From an uncultured Rubrivirga sp. (GTDB taxonomy: Bacteria > Actinomycetota > Actinomycetes > S36-B12), in contig CAYLOH010000005.1 in NCBI GenBank assembly GCA_964385255.1, positions 35,956 through 99,955 on the forward strand: a stretch of DNA of 64,000 nt. The letters are read 5' to 3'. Every line of letters begins with the position of its first letter. The stretch's first letter is position 1. The position numbers and the translations under genes are program-made. Below the pieces are notes generated by a model. It saw nothing but the letters and a program-made list of their open reading frames with translations. It had not been told where the DNA came from and searched no databases. This document shows, piece by piece, positions 57,981-64,000 of the stretch.

Positions 57981-58672
57981 GATCTCTCCTCACAATCCAG
58001 TGAAAGCGCAGACCCAAGCCGGGCAATACGCAGGGACAGTTGATTGAAGGCCTGTTCGAAGGATTGCGACGTCCCGGATGCGGCCGGGTCCGGAACGGAC
58101 CAGTGCAGGCGGTTCGGGTGTGCTCGAACGTGTTCATTGGCGGCATCGCACACCGTCACCAGTAGGTCCGAGTCCTCCAGGATGTGATCCAGCGGCACGG
58201 GAGTGTCTTGCAAGAGCTGAAGTCGATGTGTGCGCGCAGTGCGCACGGTCTTCGGGTGAATTCGTGATCCGGGAGACGTCCCGCCTGCTGCGGAGGGTCG
58301 ATGGAATCGATCGGACCACAAAGCGGCAGCCAGTACCGATCGAGCCGAGTTGTGCGTGCACGCGAACACCACCCGACCCGACGGTGCGGCCACCCGCTCG
58401 CGCAACCAGTCACGATCCAGGTAGCCGAACGCCGAACTCTGCAGCGTGACGAAGCGCTTGCGTCCGTCCTGCTCGGAGGCGGTTCTCGACACCAGCCCCG
58501 CATCGTCGAGCACGTTCAGGTGGTGGGACAGCAGCGGCATCGGGATATCGAGGAGCTCGGCTAACTGCTTCGGGGTTCGATCGCCGAGCGCAACATGGTG
58601 AAGAACGGCGAGCCGATGCTGGTCCGCCAGCACCGCGTGGACGCGCGCCCGAGTCAGCCACTCACCGTCCAT
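57977..58672 (-). CDS. ArsR-family HTH regulator fused to an LMW-PTP/ArsC-like domain
   Basis: The N-terminal wHTH is LADQHRLAVLHHVALGDRTPKQLAELLDIPMPLLSHHLNVLDDAGLV. The C-terminal domain has P-loop VVFACTHNSARS. ATG 58672 was chosen; the upstream 36 codons of the track ORF run into the AT-rich promoter region. Confidence 0.75.
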   Translation of the reverse strand: MDGEWLTRARVHAVLADQHRLAVLHHVALGDRTPKQLAELLDIPMPLLSHHLNVLDDAGLVSRTASEQDGRKRFVTLQSSAFGYLDRDWLRERVAAPSGRVVFACTHNSARSVLAAALWSDRFHRPSAAGGTSPGSRIHPKTVRTARTHRLQLLQDTPVPLDHILEDSDLLVTVCDAANEHVRAHPNRLHWSVPDPAASGTSQSFEQAFNQLSLRIARLGSALSLDCEERS

Positions 58673-58700
58673 GTCGGCAGCCTCGCGGTGTTCGTCAATT

Positions 58701-58724
58701 AGTTCAATCAAGATTGAATGAACT
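58701..58724. promoter_or_regulatory. Candidate ArsR/SmtB-type operator: overlapping dyads AGTTCA-N12-TGAACT and TTCAAT-CAAG-ATTGAA
   Basis: A perfect 16-bp palindrome lies at 58703-58718, and 20 of 24 positions are self-complementary over 58701-58724. ATGAAC is repeated at 58718 and 58729 (11-bp spacing). TGAA/TTCA arms are typical of ArsR/SmtB operators. Confidence 0.45.
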
Positions 58725-58748
58725 TTCGATGAACACCCGAAAATCATC

Positions 58749-58772
58749 TTTATGCATGTATGCGTATACTTT
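58749..58772 (+). promoter_or_regulatory. Candidate ArgR operator (TATGCATG/TATGCGTA direct repeat) overlapping a -10-like element for a leaderless argC
   Basis: TATGCATG is at 58751-58 and TATGCGTA at 58759-66; TGCAT-type half-sites recall actinobacterial ARG boxes. TATACT (58765-70) and TACTTT (58767-72) fit TANNNT, 7-9 nt before ATG 58779. No purine-rich SD is present. Confidence 0.35.
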
Positions 58773-58778
58773 CTCCCC

Positions 58779-59822
58779 ATGACGTCCCTGACCTCCGTTG
58801 CCGTGGCCGGAGCCTCCGGATACGCCGGGGGTGAGTTACTGCGCTACCTGGCCCAGCACCCCACGTTCGACCTTGTTGCGGCATGCGCGGCAGGGCGAGC
58901 CGGAGAGTCGCTGGGCGCCGTACACCCGCAGTTCGCTGGAACATCGTTGGGTGGTCTCGTGCTGGATGAGACCACGACCGACGTTCTGGGCCAGGCCGAC
59001 CTGGTCTTCCTCGCGCTTCCGCATGGAGAGTCCGCTGCACTGGCTCGGCAACTGCCCGCCGAGACCATGATCGTCGATCTCGGCGCGGACTTCCGGCTGC
59101 AGAGTGCCGATGCGTGGAGCACCTTCTACGGCGGTGATCATGCCGGCAGTTGGACATACGGGCTGCCGGAATTGCCCGCTGCCCGGGCTCAGATCCGGGT
59201 CAGCTCTCGCATCGCGAATCCCGGGTGTTACCCGACGGCCGTCGCACTCGCACTCGCTCCTCTTGCCGAAGGAGGTGCGATCGATCCGACAGACATAGTC
59301 GTCGTGGCTGCTTCGGGCACCTCTGGTGCGGGTCGTAAGGCGAGCGATTCATTGCTCGCCACGAACGTGATGGGTTCGATGTCGGCCTACAAGGTCGGTG
59401 GCAACCACCAGCACACCCCGGAGATGGAGCAGTCCATCGCAGCCGCGGGCGGTTGGCACGTCGCCGACGTCATGCTTTCTTTCACGCCCTTGCTGGCTCC
59501 CATGCCCCGCGGCATCGTCGCCACCTGCACCGCCAAGTTGACGAAGTCGATCGATGCCCGTTCGGTCCTGGTCGATGCATACGCCGACGAGCCGTTCGTG
59601 ACGGTGTTGCCGCAAGGGCAGTGGCCTCAGACAGGTGCGGTGAGTGGCACCAATGCCGCGCATGTGCAGGCAGCGGTCGATGCGCACACCGGTCGGGTGA
59701 TCGTGGTCTGCGCGATCGACAATCTGGGAAAGGGCGCTGCCGGTCAAGCGATCCAGAACGCCAACCTGATGCTCGGATTGGATGAAGGTGCAGGGCTTGA
59801 TGTGATCGGGGTGGCGCCGTGA
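58779..59822 (+). CDS. argC: N-acetyl-gamma-glutamyl-phosphate reductase
   Basis: VAVAGASGYAGGELLR.L..HP...........G.......P.............D.VFLALPHG.S......NPGCYPT. ATG 58779. Confidence 0.9.
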   Translation: MTSLTSVAVAGASGYAGGELLRYLAQHPTFDLVAACAAGRAGESLGAVHPQFAGTSLGGLVLDETTTDVLGQADLVFLALPHGESAALARQLPAETMIVDLGADFRLQSADAWSTFYGGDHAGSWTYGLPELPAARAQIRVSSRIANPGCYPTAVALALAPLAEGGAIDPTDIVVVAASGTSGAGRKASDSLLATNVMGSMSAYKVGGNHQHTPEMEQSIAAAGGWHVADVMLSFTPLLAPMPRGIVATCTAKLTKSIDARSVLVDAYADEPFVTVLPQGQWPQTGAVSGTNAAHVQAAVDAHTGRVIVVCAIDNLGKGAAGQAIQNANLMLGLDEGAGLDVIGVAP

Positions 59823-60985
59823 GCGTCACTGCCGCGCAGGGATTTCGTGCGACGGGCTTGGCCGCAGGCATCAAGGCCTCCGGTAAGCCCGATGTCGCCC
59901 TGATCGTCAATGATGGACCACGAGACGCAGCCGCTGCGGTCTTCACGAGAAACAGATTCCCGGCTGCTCCGGTCTTGTGGTCGAGACAAGCGGTGTCTGA
60001 CGGGGCTTGCCGCGCCGTGATCGTGAACTCCGGTGGCGCCAACGCGTGCACGGGTCCGCAGGGTTTCACCGATGCTCACGAGATGGCCGAACATACCGCT
60101 GCGAAATTGCAGGCGGCAGGTGTGGACATCGGCGCCGGAGACGTACTGGTGTGTTCCACCGGATTGATCGGTGAGTTGCTACCGATGGACAAGGTTCGCG
60201 CGGGCATCGATGCTGCAGTCGCGTCGATCGAATCAGGTGGTGGTGAGGCAGCGGCTGCGGCGATCATGACTACCGACTCCGTGCCTAAGCTCACTGTTCG
60301 CGAGGCTGAGGGCTACGTGGTGGGCGGCATGGCCAAGGGCGCAGGCATGCTCGCCCCAGGTCTGGCGACCATGCTCGTCTTCATCACCACGGACGCCGAA
60401 GTCGACGCTGCTGAATTGGACAACGCCCTTCGGGTCGCGACGAGAAGGACCTTCGATCGCATCGATTCCGACGGGTGCATGTCCACCAACGACACCGTCA
60501 TCGCGATGGCGAACGGCGCGTCGGGCGTTACCCCCGGTGTCGAGGACTTCACGGCGGTACTGACCGAGGTGTGCGCCGATCTCGCCCGACAGTTGATCGC
60601 CGACGCGGAAGGCGCCTCGAAGGACATCGCCATCACCGTGCACGCTGCCGTAAGTGAAGACGAAGCCGTCGATGCCGCCCGCGCCATCTCGCGCAGCAAC
60701 CTGCTCAAGTGCGCGATCCACGGCGCGGACCCGAATTGGGGCCGCGTTCTCTCGGCCCTGGGCACGACTTCTGTCTCGTTCGAGTCCGACCAGGTCGATG
60801 TGGCGATCAACGGTGTCACTGTTTGTCGCGGTGGTGGGGTCGGAGAGGACCGCACGCTCGTCGACATGTCCGGTAGGGACGTGCGCATCGACGTGCACTT
60901 GAACGCCGGCGACGCGCAAGCGACCATCTGGACCAACGACCTGACGGCGGACTACGTCCACGAGAACTCGGCGTACTCGACATGA
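59819..60985 (+). CDS. argJ: Bifunctional ornithine acetyltransferase / N-acetylglutamate synthase
   Basis: [22 protein letters not shown].....AAAVFT.N...AAPV.........[15 protein letters not shown] (autoprocessing TML site). GTGA overlap with argC. Confidence 0.95.
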   Translation: MSVTAAQGFRATGLAAGIKASGKPDVALIVNDGPRDAAAAVFTRNRFPAAPVLWSRQAVSDGACRAVIVNSGGANACTGPQGFTDAHEMAEHTAAKLQAAGVDIGAGDVLVCSTGLIGELLPMDKVRAGIDAAVASIESGGGEAAAAAIMTTDSVPKLTVREAEGYVVGGMAKGAGMLAPGLATMLVFITTDAEVDAAELDNALRVATRRTFDRIDSDGCMSTNDTVIAMANGASGVTPGVEDFTAVLTEVCADLARQLIADAEGASKDIAITVHAAVSEDEAVDAARAISRSNLLKCAIHGADPNWGRVLSALGTTSVSFESDQVDVAINGVTVCRGGGVGEDRTLVDMSGRDVRIDVHLNAGDAQATIWTNDLTADYVHENSAYST

Positions 60986-61794
60986 CGAGCCCGATCGTGG
61001 TCGTGAAGTACGGCGGCAACGCGATGACCGACGCATCACTCCAGGCATCCTTCGCCGCGGACGTGGTCGAACTCAAGGCTCGCGGCCTTCGGCCGGTGGT
61101 GACCCATGGCGGTGGCCCGCAGATCAGCTCGCTCCTGGATCGGCTGGGCATCGAGTCGGAGTTTCGCGGTGGCCTTCGGGTCACCACGCCCGAGACCATG
61201 GACGTGGTCGCGATGACTCTGGTGGGTCAAGTTCAGCGTGAGTTGGTGGGTCTGATCAACATGCACGGCCCGTTGGCGGTCGGAATCTCGGGGGAGGACG
61301 CATCGCTATTCACCGCCGAGCGTCGAACTGCCACGGTCGACGGAGAGCAGGTCGACATAGGTCAGGTGGGAGATGTCACCCGGGTACGTACCGAGGTGAT
61401 CACGATGCTTCTCGATGCGGGGTATGTCCCCGTGGTGTCGTCCGTCGCACGAGATGTCGACGGCATCCCCTACAACGTGAATGCCGACAGCGCGGCTGCC
61501 GCTCTGGCCATCGCTCTCGGTGCCGATCAACTGATCGTGTTGACCGATGTCGAGGGCGTCTATGCCGATTGGCCCGACAAGGGATCGTTGATCCGCACCC
61601 TCGGTGGTGGACGGCTCCGTGACCTGCTGCCGACTCTGGAAGCCGGCATGGTGCCCAAAATGGAGGCGTGCCTGCGGGCTGTGGAGGGCGGCGTGCCGTA
61701 CGCACGTGTGATCGATGGTCGGGTTCCTGGGGCACTGGTCCAATCTCTGTCGTCGCCGGACATGGGCACGCTGGTGCTGAAGGACGCGACATGA
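60982..61794 (+). CDS. argB: Acetylglutamate kinase, short form lacking the N-terminal helix
   Basis: [15 protein letters not shown]...[10 protein letters not shown]...GLRVT....M..V.M.L.G.V...[12 protein letters not shown] overlap with argJ. There is an in-frame stop at 60874 and no ATG/GTG/TTG between it and 60982. Confidence 0.9.
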   Translation: MTSPIVVVKYGGNAMTDASLQASFAADVVELKARGLRPVVTHGGGPQISSLLDRLGIESEFRGGLRVTTPETMDVVAMTLVGQVQRELVGLINMHGPLAVGISGEDASLFTAERRTATVDGEQVDIGQVGDVTRVRTEVITMLLDAGYVPVVSSVARDVDGIPYNVNADSAAAALAIALGADQLIVLTDVEGVYADWPDKGSLIRTLGGGRLRDLLPTLEAGMVPKMEACLRAVEGGVPYARVIDGRVPGALVQSLSSPDMGTLVLKDAT

Positions 61795-62975
61795 CCTGGC
61801 AGCAGCGTTGGTCCACGGCAATGATGACCAACTACGGGGCACCGCAGGTCATGCTGATGCGCGGCAAGGGCTCGCGCGTGTGGGACACGGACGGTAACGA
61901 ATACGTCGATCTCATCGCCGGAATCGCGGTCAATGCACTGGGTCATGGTGATCCACGCATCACCGATGCGATCACGGCTCAACTGGGCACCCTCGGGCAC
62001 GTGAGCAACCTCTACGCGTCCGAACCGGGACTCCAGTTGGCCGAGCGGCTCATCGAACTCGTCGGAGAGCCGTCAGCGCGGGTCTTCTTCTGCAATTCAG
62101 GTGCGGAGGCGAACGAAGCGGCTTTCAAGATGACCCGGCTCACGGGGCGGACCAAGGTCGTCGTGGCGGAGGGCTCCTTCCACGGCCGCACGATGGGCTC
62201 GCTTGCGCTCACCGCGCAGCCGGGCAAGGCGGATCCGTTCCGCCCGCTCCCTGGCGACGTCACCGTCGTGCCCTTCGGGGACGCGGAGGCGCTCGCCGCA
62301 GCCGTCGATGCGCAGACGGCGGCGGTCTTCCTCGAACCCATACAAGGTGAAGGTGGGGTGATCGTGCCGCCTCCGGGTTACCTTCAAGCAGCACGTCGGA
62401 TCACCACGGATGCGGGTGCACTTCTCGTCCTGGACGAGGTTCAAACAGGGATCGGACGAACGGGGCGATGGTTCGCCTACCAGTGGGATGACGTAACCCC
62501 GGACGTCATCACCCTCGCCAAGGGGCTGGCCGGTGGAATCCCCATCGGTGCGGTGATCGGTATCGGCGACGCGGCCACGTTGTTCCAACCGGGTATGCAC
62601 GGATCGACTTTCGGGGGCAATCCCATCAGCGCGCAGGCCGCGCTCGCGGTGATCGATGCCATCGACGAGGACGGTTTGCTCGGTAGGGCGCAGGACGCCG
62701 GTGAGGCTCTCGCGAAGGCGGTCCTGGAAGCCGCCGGTGATTCGGTTACCGAAGTCCGCGGTAAAGGTCTCCTGCGCGCAGCGGCGCTGAACGCAATCGC
62801 CTCAGCAGATGTCGAACGCGCGCTGCGATCGAATGGTGTGCTCGCCAACCCGGTGTCGCCCACGGCCATCCGTATGGCACCAGCGCTCACCATCACCGAC
62901 GAGGACATCGCCGATGCTGCGCAGGCGTGGAGCAAGACAAGTAAGGCGATGCAGACCAGCGGAGTCTCGGCATGA
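61791..62975 (+). CDS. argD: Acetylornithine aminotransferase
   Basis: M.NYG......RG.GS.VWD..G.EY.D...GIAVN.LGH..P......Q......SN......[15 protein letters not shown]....DEVQTG.GRTG...TLAKGL.GG.P.GA. Confidence 0.9.
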   Translation: MTWQQRWSTAMMTNYGAPQVMLMRGKGSRVWDTDGNEYVDLIAGIAVNALGHGDPRITDAITAQLGTLGHVSNLYASEPGLQLAERLIELVGEPSARVFFCNSGAEANEAAFKMTRLTGRTKVVVAEGSFHGRTMGSLALTAQPGKADPFRPLPGDVTVVPFGDAEALAAAVDAQTAAVFLEPIQGEGGVIVPPPGYLQAARRITTDAGALLVLDEVQTGIGRTGRWFAYQWDDVTPDVITLAKGLAGGIPIGAVIGIGDAATLFQPGMHGSTFGGNPISAQAALAVIDAIDEDGLLGRAQDAGEALAKAVLEAAGDSVTEVRGKGLLRAAALNAIASADVERALRSNGVLANPVSPTAIRMAPALTITDEDIADAAQAWSKTSKAMQTSGVSA

Positions 62976-63466
62976 GTACCCGCACGGTTCCAGAGTCGGT
63001 GGCGGCCCGGCGGGCTCGCATCGCGGAGCTCATCTGCGAAAAGTCGGTGCGCTCCCAAGAGGATCTGGGTCGGTTGCTCGCCGACGACGGGATCGTCGTA
63101 ACCCAGGCCACGCTGTCACGCGACCTCGACGCCATCGGTGCCGTGAAGAAGGCGGATGAGGAAGGCGGCACCCGTTACCTGGTGCCCGATCAGCAGAAGT
63201 GGGACACCTCGCTGCCCGTCGGGGATCCCGCGCTTCCGCGGATCTTGAGCGAGACGCTTCTCAAGGCCGAGGCCGCCCAGAACATCGCCGTCCTGCACAC
63301 CCCTCCGGGAGCGGCGCAGTATCTAGCCGGACACGTGGACCGCAGTGGCCTGTTCCAGTCTCTGGGCTCGGTTGCGGGAGACGACACGATCATCATCGTG
63401 ATGCGCGATGCCGCGGAAGCGATGCGAATGTGTGAAACGCTGCTGGACTTGTCGGAGAAGGGCTGA
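62972..63466 (+). CDS. argR: Arginine repressor
   Basis: RRARIAELI....V.SQEDL..LLA.DGI.VTQATLSRDL..IGAVK, with C-terminal ...L.TPPG.AQ.LA..VD.........G.VAGDDT. ATGA overlap with argD. Confidence 0.9.
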   Translation: MSTRTVPESVAARRARIAELICEKSVRSQEDLGRLLADDGIVVTQATLSRDLDAIGAVKKADEEGGTRYLVPDQQKWDTSLPVGDPALPRILSETLLKAEAAQNIAVLHTPPGAAQYLAGHVDRSGLFQSLGSVAGDDTIIIVMRDAAEAMRMCETLLDLSEKG

Positions 63467-63468
63467 AG

Positions 63469-64000
63469 ATGTCGGGCACCGATGAATCGATGCGGCTGTG
63501 GGGCGGACGCTTCGCCAGTGGCCCTGCCGACGCCATGGCGGCGCTGAGCCTGTCGACGCATTTCGACTGGCGTCTGGCCCCCTATGACCTGAAGCAGACG
63601 CGCGCACACGCGCACGTTCTGGCCCGTGCGGGGTTGTTGAACGACGACGAACTGGCGCGAATTGAACAGGCCATCGCCGAGCTGAGTGCCAAAGTGGTTG
63701 CCGGAAGCGCAGCACCCATCCCTGCTGATGAAGACGTCCACACCGCCATCGAGCGGATGCTGGTCGACAAGCTCGGCGACCTCGGCGGCAAGCTTCGCGC
63801 GGGCCGGAGCCGCAACGACCAAGTGGCGACCGACTTCCGGTTGTTCCTGCGCGACGCGGCGACGCTGATCGCACAGGGCGTGCTCGACCTCGTCGATGCC
63901 ATCAACACGCAAGCTACGAGCCACGTCGAGACAATCTCCCCGGGCTTCACCCACCTGCAGCACGCGCAGCCGGTGTCCTTCGGTCACGAGCTAGCCAAGC
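63469..64000 (+). CDS. argH: Argininosuccinate lyase, 5' part (continues beyond window)
   Basis: My own translation from ATG 63469 gives MSGTDESMRLWGGRFASGP...DWRLAPYDL...HA.VLARAGLL...GGKLRAGRSRNDQVATDFRLFLR...PGFTHLQHAQPVSFGH. It is not in the ORF track because there is no stop within the window. Confidence 0.9.
   Translation, partial: MSGTDESMRLWGGRFASGPADAMAALSLSTHFDWRLAPYDLKQTRAHAHVLARAGLLNDDELARIEQAIAELSAKVVAGSAAPIPADEDVHTAIERMLVDKLGDLGGKLRAGRSRNDQVATDFRLFLRDAATLIAQGVLDLVDAINTQATSHVETISPGFTHLQHAQPVSFGHELAK

Overview
The window is a high-GC actinobacterial-type chromosomal core segment (G+C judged by eye, not computed). It is almost entirely coding. I call 65 CDS, 60 of them on the + strand, and about 30 adjacent gene pairs have overlapping start/stop codons (ATGA, GTGA, TGATG or 8-nt overlaps). 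Gene order: hisH(partial)-DUF5946-hisA-hisF-hisI; trpE-[three small membrane proteins plus an OmpR/histidine-kinase pair]-trpC-trpB-trpA; dsbA-like-lgt; gltB-gltD; pyk; PyrR-binding RNA-pyrR-pyrB-pyrC-membrane protein-carA-carB-pyrK-pyrD-pyrF; mihF-gmk-rpoZ-coaBC-metK-priA-def-fmt-rsmB; IMPase(-); rpe-ribD-ribE-ribBA-ribH; hisE-hisG; MFS(-); sseB-like; DUF1844(-); infC-rpmI-rplT-trmH; orphan cupin-like gene-cysD-cysNC; pheS-pheT; arsC(-) and an arsR-LMWPTP fusion(-); argC-argJ-argB-argD-argR-argH(partial). I saw no rRNA, tRNA, CRISPR array, IS element, prophage or recognisable defence or toxin genes. All family assignments come from reading the translations and from memory of conserved motifs; no database search was possible. 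I do not see a clear-cut novel multi-gene system. This is mostly ordinary housekeeping DNA. The items most worth a second look are these: (a) an uncharacterised HxD...H cupin-like ORF inserted with a PAPS-producing cysD-cysNC pair between trmH and pheS; (b) a pump-less arsR-LMWPTP fusion plus arsC pair that shares an AT-rich, dyad-rich control region with a probably leaderless argC; (c) an ArgB with no N-terminal helix, in an arg cluster that lacks argF and argG; (d) a two-component system plus three small membrane proteins embedded in the trp operon; (e) infC, which can only start at a non-canonical ATC codon, behind a 230-nt structured leader.
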